A model generated the notes under the pieces. It did not search any database and was not told the origin of the DNA. It saw only the letters and a list, made by a program, of their open reading frames with translations. DNA of 64,000 nucleotides from a bacterium. Lineage in GTDB: Bacteria > Electryoneota > Electryoneia > Electryoneales > Electryoneaceae. A program made the translations under genes and the position numbers. The stretch spans positions 4,096,001 to 4,160,000 of the forward strand of contig OY769902.1 of assembly GCA_963669175.1 (NCBI GenBank), in the 5' to 3' direction. This document shows, in pieces, positions 1-9,695 of the stretch (position 1 is its first letter; each line of letters starts with the position of its first letter).

Positions 1-2313
1 AAATCAGCTTTCAAGAACATTCTGCTTGGTATCACCCTCACCCCTTTCTTCCTGTCATACCAGATCATTTTTTACCTGATCAGCAACCATTTCGGCGCCT
101 GGAGTCCGGCGGATGTCCCCTACTCCAACCTGTTGAATACAGCCATGCCCTGGCTGGCAGTATTGATGATCGGTTTTCTCCCGGCGACCAGTGAAGAATT
201 CCTGAGCCGCATGTTCTCGATCCCGTTTCTTGAAAAGGTGATGCGCGGACGTGCACGCTGGCTGGCGGTGTTGATTCCGGCGTTCATCTGGGGATTCGGG
301 CACGCCGGTTACGCCGCGCAACCCTGGTACATCCGTGGTGTTGAAGTTGGTATCGGCGGTATAATTATCGGTATAGTGATGCTGCGCTTCGGAATCCTTG
401 CCCCCTTGGTCTGGCATTATACGGTTGATGCGCTGTATACCGCGTTGCTCCTGTTCCGTAGTGAGAACACCTATTTCATCGTTACTGCCTCCGTAGCCAC
501 CGGATTGCTGGTTCTTCCCCTGCTGGCAGCCTTGGTTGCCTATATCAGGAAAGGGGGATTCTTGGCAGAAGAAGGCACTTTGAATCGTGATGAGACAGCA
601 GAAAACACACCTTTTACTCCGCCAATCCAACCGGCTCCGGCGACAGAGCCAACCAGGGAAGTGGACAATTCCCTGCTCAAAACTCTCACACCGCTTTCAG
701 GAGTGAGAAAAGGCATCGCTATTGCCATCTTGATCCTGGCCATCGGATTGATGTTGGTTCCCATGGATCGTATCGGTTCATTCCAGGAATACTCTGTACC
801 GGGACGCCTGGCCATCACCATGACAAAAGCGGAACTGGCAGAACGTGGCTGGGCTGATCCGGACACATTGAAGTTTGCAGTGATTAATGCCCAGCAGATT
901 CGCGGTAATAGCCAGAATGAGTACTTGCTGAAACATACCGGCTCCATTGCGGAGTTCAACGCTCTTGTTGATACAGTCATCCGTGAATCACGCTATGCCG
1001 TTGTCGCATTCAAGCCGGAAAACCGTCTGCGTTTCATCAGCCAGGTTGACAGCCGGACCGGCGAAGTGATGAGCCTGTCCGTTCGTGCGCCAGAAGAGAT
1101 GCCCGGCGACAGCATCTCTATTGATTCTGCCGAAGCGTTGGTCATCGCAAAGCTGGAAGAATATGGCGAAGATTTGAACGAAATGGAGAAACGCGTCCAC
1201 AGTGAAAATGTTCGTCCCAATCGCTTTGACCAGTTTATCGCCTTTGAAACAAAGGAGGATGATCCACGCAATATTGGCGAAGCTCGCTACCGCCGTGGTG
1301 GCGAATTAATCGGAAGCTGGTTGAATGTATCCGATTATTCTTACTTTGAAATCCCGGAAAAATGGGAACGCGAGCGTACCGCGACAACAGCAGCACGTGC
1401 AATCCTGCAAGGCGCTGTTATCATTGCCTGGATCATCATCATCGGGTGGGCTATTGGTGTGCTGGTAACCCGGACAAGAAAAGGATTAGTACACTGGAAA
1501 CAGGCATTCAGGCTGGCCATTATCCCTACCGGGATTGTCCTGCTGAATGGGATCAACACTTATCAACAATACATGTCGCAATACTGGCAACTGCCTGAGA
1601 CACCCTGGATGATCGCCAAAGCTCTTGGCTTCATCACAATCCTGATTCAGACAGGTGGCCTTTATCTTGTCTTGTCCATGAGTTTTGCGTTGATGATCAG
1701 CCTGTATCAGAGTAAGCTGCCGCTTTTGACAAGACCTGCACGACGTTTCCAGGCGGTTGATGCCTGGCTGGCAGTCGGCGCTGGATTTGGTGTGATGATC
1801 CTGTTGCGCGTTTTAGCCGGTTGGCTGGCGGTACTAAACCAGGCCTGGGCGCCTTTCGGTTCCTGGAATCTTCCGACAAGCCTGTTTGTGCCACAACCTT
1901 TCCTCTTCATGATTTCAAAGCTGCTGACCTTTGGTATCCTATCCTCTACCCTTCTGGGTTTTCTTGCCTGGCTCTGGCAGCATCTGGATAAATCCTGGAA
2001 ACGAGGGCTTCTACTGCTCTGTTTACTTTGCGCCATGCTCAACACGGGCGCATGCACAGCCGGGGAATTCCTGTGGTCGTTGCTGATAGCCCTGGCAACT
2101 GTAGGTTCGGGCTGGTTGGTTGTACGGTTCATTGTTGCAGGTAAACCTGCTGTTTTTCTTGCGTTGATCTTGAGTCTGGCAGTATATAGAATCGTTATAC
2201 CTTCACTTGTCATGGGTAATTTCAGTTTGACGATTGTGTCAATTGCTGTTCTCGCAACTGTTGTTGTCAGCCTGTTTGTATGGCTGGGCTGGCCTGCGAA
2301 AACCTCAGCTTGA
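1..2313 (+). CDS. CPBP (CAAX/Abi) family intramembrane metalloprotease with long multi-TM C-terminal extension; 5' end outside window
   Basis: Frame is open from base 1. CPBP motifs SEEFLSR (EExxxR), FIWGFGH and WHYTVD; many hydrophobic helices. Confidence 0.8.
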   Translation, partial: KSAFKNILLGITLTPFFLSYQIIFYLISNHFGAWSPADVPYSNLLNTAMPWLAVLMIGFLPATSEEFLSRMFSIPFLEKVMRGRARWLAVLIPAFIWGFGHAGYAAQPWYIRGVEVGIGGIIIGIVMLRFGILAPLVWHYTVDALYTALLLFRSENTYFIVTASVATGLLVLPLLAALVAYIRKGGFLAEEGTLNRDETAENTPFTPPIQPAPATEPTREVDNSLLKTLTPLSGVRKGIAIAILILAIGLMLVPMDRIGSFQEYSVPGRLAITMTKAELAERGWADPDTLKFAVINAQQIRGNSQNEYLLKHTGSIAEFNALVDTVIRESRYAVVAFKPENRLRFISQVDSRTGEVMSLSVRAPEEMPGDSISIDSAEALVIAKLEEYGEDLNEMEKRVHSENVRPNRFDQFIAFETKEDDPRNIGEARYRRGGELIGSWLNVSDYSYFEIPEKWERERTATTAARAILQGAVIIAWIIIIGWAIGVLVTRTRKGLVHWKQAFRLAIIPTGIVLLNGINTYQQYMSQYWQLPETPWMIAKALGFITILIQTGGLYLVLSMSFALMISLYQSKLPLLTRPARRFQAVDAWLAVGAGFGVMILLRVLAGWLAVLNQAWAPFGSWNLPTSLFVPQPFLFMISKLLTFGILSSTLLGFLAWLWQHLDKSWKRGLLLLCLLCAMLNTGACTAGEFLWSLLIALATVGSGWLVVRFIVAGKPAVFLALILSLAVYRIVIPSLVMGNFSLTIVSIAVLATVVVSLFVWLGWPAKTSA

Positions 2314-2343
2314 GAGAAAAACCCGTACAACTGTGAGTACATT

Positions 2344-3165
2344 TTGAAAAAACAGAAGAAGCAGAAAGAGAATGGGCACATGCCCGCATCCAATGGCGCT
2401 AGTGGAATGTCCGACGCTAATAAGAAATTACTCTGGGGTGTTGTTATATTTCTGGTTGCTTCAATTGTGCTGTTTGTACTTGGATCGAATTCAGGTCCAG
2501 CAATTCCACGGAAAAAACCGGAGAAACGTCAACTATCCCAGACAATGACCGATAACCGGAACCGTTCCCCCAGACAATCCCAATCGTCAGAATCCAAGCA
2601 GGAAGATAAAAAATCGAATAATGCTGCCTCATCAAATTCGCCAGGTCAATCATCCGGTGGGAATAGTGGTCAAGGTGGCTCTTCACAATCGCAAGGCGGT
2701 GGAGTCGCGCAAGGCGGAGGAGGTCCGGGCGGAAAGGCTGACGGTCAAAACGCCGGTGATGTTCCCGGAGCGCAACCGGTCCCGGCAAAACAATGGCGTG
2801 AGAAAGGGCTGCCAAAAGTGAAATCAGCCCAGCTTGCCGTGCAATTGGCCCCTGATGAAGAGCCTATCATGATGGATATCTCCGCAAGTCAGATCACCCC
2901 CATCCCCGGAACAGATTATTCAATCAAGATGACCGGTTTCTACACCCACCATGCCTGGGGACTGGATGGACGGGCCAGGAACCTGTCAAACAATGAGGCT
3001 AACCCTGCCGCTCATGTGGAAATTTACCAGGATGGAAAGATGATTTATGATTCCTGGGGATTCCAGGATCAGCAGTACTACCGTGAAGAAGCAAAAGGGC
3101 CGGATGGAAAACCAAGAGTGGCCTGTTCCCTGATGGGTTACGAAGGATTGACGTTGCCGGAATGA
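2344..3165 (+). CDS. Membrane-anchored protein with Gly/Ser-rich linker and DUF2155-like C-terminal domain
   Basis: One N-terminal TM helix, low-complexity linker, and C-terminal SNNEANPAAHVEIYQDGKMIYDSWGF resembling DUF2155/ResB-like segments. Start codon uncertain. Confidence 0.5.
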   Translation: MKKQKKQKENGHMPASNGASGMSDANKKLLWGVVIFLVASIVLFVLGSNSGPAIPRKKPEKRQLSQTMTDNRNRSPRQSQSSESKQEDKKSNNAASSNSPGQSSGGNSGQGGSSQSQGGGVAQGGGGPGGKADGQNAGDVPGAQPVPAKQWREKGLPKVKSAQLAVQLAPDEEPIMMDISASQITPIPGTDYSIKMTGFYTHHAWGLDGRARNLSNNEANPAAHVEIYQDGKMIYDSWGFQDQQYYREEAKGPDGKPRVACSLMGYEGLTLPE

Positions 3166-3228
3166 TCAAATCGCAGATACTGTTGTATAGTTTTCCTCGA
3201 GTTGGCTCCGTTCTAATGATGATTGTCT

Positions 3229-3354
3229 GGAAAAGGGGACGGGATCCTTTTCCTCGCGCTTATTCGGAATACTCCTGAAGTATTCCTGGAAAAGGAAACT
3301 GTCCCCTTTTCCGTGTACTTCATGCCTGCTCTCAAGAAAAAGGGTACAGCCACC
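3229..3354. repeat. REP-like palindromic cluster, family A (GGAAAAGGGGAC...CCTTTTCC units in alternating orientation)
   Basis: Closely similar to 12068-12193; each ~25-nt unit is an imperfect palindrome. Confidence 0.8.
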
Positions 3355-3469
3355 AGCGAAGGCTGGGATCCAGTCATATTGCGATATTACAAGAGGTTAA
3401 GTATTCTCAAGAGGCGCGGCACATTGAAAGCCGTGTAAGAGTCCAACTTATTATTTTGTCGATACTTGC

Positions 3470-3495
3470 CTGGAGCCCCACCTGCGTGGGGATGA
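3470..3495. repeat. Single REP-like palindrome (CCCCAC-CTGC-GTGGGG)
   Basis: The reverse strand reads TCATCCCCACGCAGGTGGGGCTCCAG, resembling TCATCCCCGCG...GCGGGGATCCAG-type palindromic elements. One copy only. Confidence 0.4.
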
Positions 3496-3652
3496 AAGTG
3501 TAGACTATTCTGATACGGTCTGCGTCGCTGGGATTTCGTCGTTTTTCAACCCCTATTCCTTCCAATAGCTCTCTCTACCGGAGACATCCCCGCAACGTAA
3601 TCGCTGCTTGAACATCATATATATTAGCACAAGCTAACAAAAAGGAGATATC

Positions 3653-4057
3653 ATGGAATACCTGCGTGGATTTGCAATTCGGGGCCGTACCAACCTGAGT
3701 TTTGAAGATACAATTTCACAAGCAACAGAACTGTTGAAAGAACAGGGTTTTGGCGTACTGACCGAGATTGATGTGACAGCAACGTTGAAGAAGAAACTGG
3801 ACCTGGATTATAAACCGTTCAAAATTTTGGGCGCCTGCAATCCCGGTTTTGCCCATAAGGCGCTGGAAGCCGAGCCCATGATCGGCGTAATGCTTCCCTG
3901 CAATGTCATCATCATTGATGAAGGCGACCACCGTGTCGTAGCAGCAATGGACCCCGCCATTATGGCCAGCATTGTCCCCTCAGAAGAAGTGAAAACGATT
4001 GCCGGTGAAGTGGGAGAAAAACTGGGGACAGTCGTGAAGAAGTTGGAAGAGTTATAG
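3653..4057 (+). CDS. DUF302 domain protein
   Basis: GFGVLTEIDV...YKPFKILGACNP...IGVMLPCNV signature; AAGGAG RBS. Confidence 0.9.
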   Translation: MEYLRGFAIRGRTNLSFEDTISQATELLKEQGFGVLTEIDVTATLKKKLDLDYKPFKILGACNPGFAHKALEAEPMIGVMLPCNVIIIDEGDHRVVAAMDPAIMASIVPSEEVKTIAGEVGEKLGTVVKKLEEL

Positions 4058-4100
4058 CGAAAATATCATCATGAATCCAAAGGTTGGCAGTACTATGCTG

Positions 4101-5018
4101 TCAACCTTTTCTTGTTTCACCTCGTCCTTTCGCTCGAAAGACTCCCGCAACCCCGGTTAGAATCAAAACAGCGCCAGCCATTGTCCAGATTGTGATATCC
4201 TCTTTGAGCAGCAACCAGCCGAGGAATACAGCAATTACAGGATTCACATAGGGATAGGTCATCACCAGTGATGTCGGCAGTTGTTTCAGGGCAATCATGT
4301 ACGCTGTCATGGCGACCAGCGATCCGACGATCAGGAGATAAGACCATGCCAACCAGGCGTCCGGTGAAGGGTTCATCATCGGTTCACCAAGGATAAGCGC
4401 AACGCTCCAGAAGAACAGTGAACCAAACGCCTGCTGATAACCGGAAATAGCAAGCGGGTGCATGTCAACCGGACGTCTTGCCAACAGGATTGATCCCGCT
4501 CCCCAACTGATCGGCCCGATGATCAAAGCGATTACTGCCAGTGTATGTGCATGAGTGCCCAGGCGCAGAATCGGCCAGACCAGTGTGCCCAACCCGGCAA
4601 ACCCGATCAGCAGGGATACTGTCATCAGCAGGCCCGGTGGTTTACGATCCAGTATCGCTTCCATCGTAGCCACCATGATGGGAAGCGTTCCAACAAGCAA
4701 AGCGGTCAATCCTGAGTCGATATACTGCTCCGCCCAATTGACCATCCCATTACCACCAAGCCACAGGAGACCGCCGCTTATGGCAAGAGTATAGATTTCC
4801 TGTTTCGTGGGACGGATGCGTTTTCGCATCAGGAAGGCGATAGTTATCAAGACGATACTTGCTACAAGTGTACGGCTGGCGCCGAGTGTGAAAGGTTCGA
4901 TTCCACTGCCATCCCTGACAGCTACACGAATGGCCAGGTAGGTGCTACCCCAGGCAAGGTAGACTGTGAAAAGGCTGATCAGGCCACTCAAGGAAACGCT
5001 TTGCTTATCCGTATTCAC
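4101..5018 (-). CDS. EamA/DMT family transporter
   Basis: VYLAWGSTYLAIR and TYPYVNPVIAVFLG motifs, about 10 TM helices. GTG start at 5018 chosen. Confidence 0.9.
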   Translation of the reverse strand: MNTDKQSVSLSGLISLFTVYLAWGSTYLAIRVAVRDGSGIEPFTLGASRTLVASIVLITIAFLMRKRIRPTKQEIYTLAISGGLLWLGGNGMVNWAEQYIDSGLTALLVGTLPIMVATMEAILDRKPPGLLMTVSLLIGFAGLGTLVWPILRLGTHAHTLAVIALIIGPISWGAGSILLARRPVDMHPLAISGYQQAFGSLFFWSVALILGEPMMNPSPDAWLAWSYLLIVGSLVAMTAYMIALKQLPTSLVMTYPYVNPVIAVFLGWLLLKEDITIWTMAGAVLILTGVAGVFRAKGRGETRKG

Positions 5019-5130
5019 ACAAGGCTCTCGCTTCCGCTCAATATTCAGGTAACGATACATCAACAACTTGCGAACCGACCATCAGGAAACCGTATCTTTG
5101 CGAAACCAGTCGATCAGGGGGAACATATAC

Positions 5131-6558
5131 ATGACAGCAACGAACAACCGTCTGACCAGAATTGTAGCTACCGTAGGACCAGCCTCCAACTCAAGACAGG
5201 CTATTAACGATCTTATTGATGCCGGTGTTGATATTTTCCGCTTGAACTTCAGTCATGGCGACCATGATACGCATGCCGAAGTGATAAATTTCATTCGTTC
5301 TGTTGCAACAGAAAAAGAAATACAAGTTGCTATCTTACAGGATCTTGGCGGACCGAAACTACGTATTGGCACCCTGACAGACAATATGATTCATTTGTCT
5401 TCAGGTGATACCTTTGTTCTTGAAAAAGAGCTGGAACTTGGAGATGAGTCCAAGGTCGGTCTGCCTGATACAGACTCCTGGTATGATGAAGTCCATGAAG
5501 GAGAACGAGTTGTCCTGGGTGACGGCATTATCACACTCCGAATCCATGAAAAGACAGATGATCATTTAACATGCGAGGTACAGTCCGGGGGCACACTTCG
5601 ATCCCGCGCAGGCCTGCATTTCCCTGACAGCGCTATATCGCTTGGCGCCATGACTGCAAAAGACTGGATTGATCTTGCCTTCGGTCTGGACCAGAGAGTT
5701 GACGCTATCGCGCTTTCGTTTGTGCAGGACGCTGACGATGTAATCGCCGTTCGGAGGTATGTGGAAAGCGGCAAACACCGTCCCCTGCTGATATCCAAGA
5801 TGGAACGCCGGACCGCGATTGATCAACGTGACGCGATTCTGAAAGTCTCCGATGGCATCATGGTTGCGCGTGGCGACCTTGGCATCAGTATGCCGATTGA
5901 GCAGGTGCCGACTATCCAGAAAGACCTGATCTATCGTGCCCGCAAGCAGGCGAAGTTTGTCATCACCGCAACTCAGATGCTGGAGAGTATGACAGACGCC
6001 CCTATCCCCACCCGTGCAGAAGTGACCGATGTAGCCAATGCAGTCTATGACGGTACTGACGCGGTTATGCTTTCAGGTGAAACCGCTATTGGAGCTGACC
6101 CGGTACGTGTTGTAAAAACAATGGCACAGATCCTGGTTGAAGCGGAAACGCATGCCAGCTTCAGCCGTCAGGATGCCATGGACGACAGCGTCGAGGAAGC
6201 GATTGCGTTATCGGCGCGCATCCTGGTGGAACAGGTCAACGCCCGGATGATGATCGCGCCACTGACCAGTGGTTCTACAGCCGCACGACTCAGCAGACAC
6301 CTTCCCAAAGTTCCCATTCTTGCAGGGGTCAGTACGGATGAGTACGCGAGGAGCCTCAAATTCAGGCATGCCGTGCTTCCAATACGTGTTCCTCGTTGCG
6401 ATAGCCTGCTGGAGAACCTTACTTTCATTGTTGATCGTGCGACTCGGTTGGGTGGCTTGAGTGAGGGGGAAACGATCGTAGTGGCGGGAGGATTTCCCAT
6501 CAACCAGCCAGGCGTTACGAATTTCCTGCGGGTGGTCACCGTAGGCAAACCCTTGTAA
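5131..6558 (+). CDS. pyk: Pyruvate kinase
   Basis: TRIVATVGPAS, RLNFSHG, DGIMVARGDLG, ATQMLESM, DAVMLSGETA. Confidence 0.97.
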   Translation: MTATNNRLTRIVATVGPASNSRQAINDLIDAGVDIFRLNFSHGDHDTHAEVINFIRSVATEKEIQVAILQDLGGPKLRIGTLTDNMIHLSSGDTFVLEKELELGDESKVGLPDTDSWYDEVHEGERVVLGDGIITLRIHEKTDDHLTCEVQSGGTLRSRAGLHFPDSAISLGAMTAKDWIDLAFGLDQRVDAIALSFVQDADDVIAVRRYVESGKHRPLLISKMERRTAIDQRDAILKVSDGIMVARGDLGISMPIEQVPTIQKDLIYRARKQAKFVITATQMLESMTDAPIPTRAEVTDVANAVYDGTDAVMLSGETAIGADPVRVVKTMAQILVEAETHASFSRQDAMDDSVEEAIALSARILVEQVNARMMIAPLTSGSTAARLSRHLPKVPILAGVSTDEYARSLKFRHAVLPIRVPRCDSLLENLTFIVDRATRLGGLSEGETIVVAGGFPINQPGVTNFLRVVTVGKPL

Positions 6559-6600
6559 CCAAAGTGTAAAATAGCGCTGTTTTCTACAAAGGAGATCCTC

Positions 6601-7206
6601 ATGCGCGCAATCCGTACTCTTTTGGTCCTTGCCATCGCCGTTAGCTGGATAATGACCGGTTGCATTGTTGTCGGTCAGCATGAATGGCGTGTAAATCTGA
6701 ATAAAGACGGGACAGGCTCGGGAACATTGATTTTCCACAACCTCGCCTGCGATGAATCGGAACCGGATTCAGTCAAGTTTGCTTTCACCCAGTTGATCCG
6801 TGATTACCTCAACGGTGACGAACTGAACGAAACCTATCCCAACCTGAATATCAAAAAGAAAGAACTATTCCTGGAAACCTTTGACGGCAGTGAAGTTGTC
6901 AGTGGTCGGATCGAGTTCACCTTTGATGAAATCGGGGATGTGGGCCTGTATGTTTACGAACCGAAAGACATCATGCTCTACGGTATTGAAGGTGAGAATT
7001 CCTTTATCAGCGCCAATGGCGTCTTCGCCGGTGAAGATGGCGGCCCGAATATTGTTATCTGGGAAAAAGGCATGGATAACGTAGAATTCGCGGTTTCTGA
7101 AAACCCAAGTATTGAAGCCGGTTATGTAGAAATCTACAAAGATTGGAAAGCCAACGGCGAATCCGCCCTGTTTACCCAGGAAGAAATGGATAACATAGGC
7201 GAATAA
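6601..7206 (+). CDS. Lipoprotein of unknown function
   Basis: Signal peptide with lipobox MTGC; AAGGAG RBS. Confidence 0.7.
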   Translation: MRAIRTLLVLAIAVSWIMTGCIVVGQHEWRVNLNKDGTGSGTLIFHNLACDESEPDSVKFAFTQLIRDYLNGDELNETYPNLNIKKKELFLETFDGSEVVSGRIEFTFDEIGDVGLYVYEPKDIMLYGIEGENSFISANGVFAGEDGGPNIVIWEKGMDNVEFAVSENPSIEAGYVEIYKDWKANGESALFTQEEMDNIGE

Positions 7207-7281
7207 GTCTTGCTTTTTACCTTGAGAAGTCGCTACGATGCCCGGACAGAACCTGTTCGGGCATCTTTTTGAGGGGAAATC

Positions 7282-9474
7282 ATGCGACGCATTCCTGTAG
7301 CTCTGATCTTGTTTATCCTTCCAACGCTTATCCTGGCCCAACCATCTGAACCGGTAGACGCGCTGGACACGATGTTGTCCGAACTCGGCATCACCCAAGC
7401 CGATTTAGGCTTTCAACCCAAGGGGTACTGGACACGTTATCCCGATCCCGAAACGATTCCCTTCAAACATCCTGCTTTTGATGACCTGTTCGCGGAACCG
7501 CAATATCTTTACGATTTCATCAGGGTGATGGCTGTTGCAGGGGAAGATTACCTGCACCCGGAATACCTTGCTTCCAATTCGAACGGTCTGCTGAAATTGT
7601 CCTACTACCTGGGCATTCGTCACGCCAATCCGCAAACACGCGATTACAGTGCTTCCCTGTGGGCCGAACTGGATGAAAACGCTCCGCTGCTTGCAGCGTT
7701 ACGCTATACCTGGCAAGTCAGCGGACGTGAATTCCGCTACAATGCCATGGGTCAAGCCAGTGATTTCCCCTTGATCGAACGCGATCTGCAAAAAGCCATT
7801 CAACCGATTCATCCTGATGTTCAACGTCTGGTGGCCCGGACTGTTATTCATCTGGCAAACGCCTGGAAATGGCGCCAGACTGCCATGAGAAACGTGGATA
7901 TGGGAAAAGCGCTGGCCTGCTGGCGCATTCGTCAGCTTGGCGAAACCCAGTTTGACGGTCTGGAATACTTCCCGCAATTGGAAGACTGCGCCAACAATAT
8001 CGACATGCCTTCCCTCTACTACGCAGGCATGAAAATTCTCGAAACCTCAGAACAGTTGGCTGATTCCCTGTTGTTCCTGAAAGAGAATCGTGACATCGAC
8101 TGGTCTCATCAACGGCTGGATGTCATGACACCGCTGGGACGTGTGCTAATCGGCGGCAGCGGCAATGACATGCACTGGTACAATGACCTTTTCCTCCTGG
8201 TAGAAACCGGCGGGAATGACATCTACCACGGCGCTGTCGGTTCTACCCCATCGCTGGACATCCCCATCTCCCTCTGTATCGACCTGGCGGGAAATGATGA
8301 ATACATCTGTGAGGATGAGTATCTCCCCAGCCAGGGATCGGCAGTATTTGGTGCGGCCATGCTTCTCGACATGGCAGGAAATGACCATTATCAATCCCGT
8401 CGCCTGGGTCAGGGCGCGGCTATGCTGGGCATCGGTATCCTCGCTGACATGGCGGGAAATGATGAGTATGAACTGGGCTACTCCGGTCAGGGCGCAGGAT
8501 ACTTTGGTGTCGGGCTGGCTATTGATAATACAGGCAATGACAGCTATCGTCTCTACGGAGACGGGCAGGGATACGGAGGCGTTGGCGGTGTGGGAACACT
8601 GCTGAACCGTACAGGGGATGACCATTACTGGTGCGCGCCGGACCTGAAGCAGGCATTCCGTCCGGATTATCATCATTCTGCCGATTCCGCTACGTATAGT
8701 TATGCGCAAGGATGCGGCATCGGGCGTCGCGGCGACATCACCGACGGTCACTCCTGGGCCGGTGGTATGGGCAGCCTGATTGACCTGGATGGTGATGATA
8801 CTTACGAATCCGGAAACTGGGCCGCCGGGTGCGGCTACTGGTACGGTATGGGATTCTTGTATGATCGCGCCGGGGACGATGAGTATCTCAGCAATAACTG
8901 GGCTCAAGCGGCCGGGGCACATTTCGCTATCGGCGTCCATATCGATGATTCCGGCAATGACAGGCATATTATGACCGGTGAATATGCTGACGGCCTCAGT
9001 TTCGGGCATGATTTCACCATTACTCTGCTGATGGATCGTAAGGGCGATGATGAGTATGTAAACAACGGCAATGGCTTGTGTTACGGCATCAACATGTCAC
9101 AGGCCTACTTCTTCGAATTGGCCGGGAATGACACGTACACAACCTCAGGGAAGAAACAGAATTACACCGCCAATAATTTTGATAAATACAACCCGCCCAT
9201 TATCGGCGCTTTCCCTGTACTGTTCAGTAACCAGGTATGCCTGTTCGCGGATGTAGAGGGTGACGATCAGTATATCGCCCTTGACGAGGACGGGAAAAAG
9301 GCCGATCCACGGATGAGCAATGGACACGAGGTTTTCACTCCCACAGCAGAACAACGTGCAGCCTTATCGAACAAGAAGTACTACGGCCTGGCGAAGGACT
9401 TTTCAGGTTGGTCAGGGCCGGAGATAAAGATATTCGGTGAAAAGGTCATAACTCGTTTCCCAGTGTTTAAGTAG
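7282..9474 (+). CDS. Secreted protein with repeated (L/I)D-x-x-G(N/D)D-x-Y / QG-x-G motifs
   Basis: Signal peptide; about a dozen Gly/Asp-rich repeats in the C-terminal half. Confidence 0.7.
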   Translation: MRRIPVALILFILPTLILAQPSEPVDALDTMLSELGITQADLGFQPKGYWTRYPDPETIPFKHPAFDDLFAEPQYLYDFIRVMAVAGEDYLHPEYLASNSNGLLKLSYYLGIRHANPQTRDYSASLWAELDENAPLLAALRYTWQVSGREFRYNAMGQASDFPLIERDLQKAIQPIHPDVQRLVARTVIHLANAWKWRQTAMRNVDMGKALACWRIRQLGETQFDGLEYFPQLEDCANNIDMPSLYYAGMKILETSEQLADSLLFLKENRDIDWSHQRLDVMTPLGRVLIGGSGNDMHWYNDLFLLVETGGNDIYHGAVGSTPSLDIPISLCIDLAGNDEYICEDEYLPSQGSAVFGAAMLLDMAGNDHYQSRRLGQGAAMLGIGILADMAGNDEYELGYSGQGAGYFGVGLAIDNTGNDSYRLYGDGQGYGGVGGVGTLLNRTGDDHYWCAPDLKQAFRPDYHHSADSATYSYAQGCGIGRRGDITDGHSWAGGMGSLIDLDGDDTYESGNWAAGCGYWYGMGFLYDRAGDDEYLSNNWAQAAGAHFAIGVHIDDSGNDRHIMTGEYADGLSFGHDFTITLLMDRKGDDEYVNNGNGLCYGINMSQAYFFELAGNDTYTTSGKKQNYTANNFDKYNPPIIGAFPVLFSNQVCLFADVEGDDQYIALDEDGKKADPRMSNGHEVFTPTAEQRAALSNKKYYGLAKDFSGWSGPEIKIFGEKVITRFPVFK

Positions 9475-9507
9475 GGGATTCACCCTATAATACATACTGA
9501 AGCTGGC

Positions 9508-9642
9508 TTGGCCCGACTGCGTGCAGTCGGGTTTCAACCTTCATCAAATGGAATACAATTTTATATTTAACGGGTGGGTGAATATCCAGTAGTAAAGAAC
9601 GCTATCCCATCTGCATCCCGACAGCAAGCAGTCGGGCCAAAC
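9508..9642. repeat. REP-like inverted doublet, family B (TTGGCCCGACTGC..GC.GTCGGG)
   Basis: Units at 9508-9531 and 9614-9642 in opposite orientation; the same doublet occurs at 61211-61318. Confidence 0.8.
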
Positions 9643-9695
9643 ATACATTTCAGTTCAAGCCAAATTCATCATGTTTTCTTAGCAGGGATTCTCCC

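Noticed and set aside
3223-3438. Small ORFs over palindromic clusters (also 11953-12381, 13946-14462 and 16878-17396)
   Set aside because: They are translations of the repeat elements with no independent coding evidence.
3470-3495. Resemblance to a type I-E CRISPR repeat
   Set aside because: Single copy; better explained as a REP-like palindrome.
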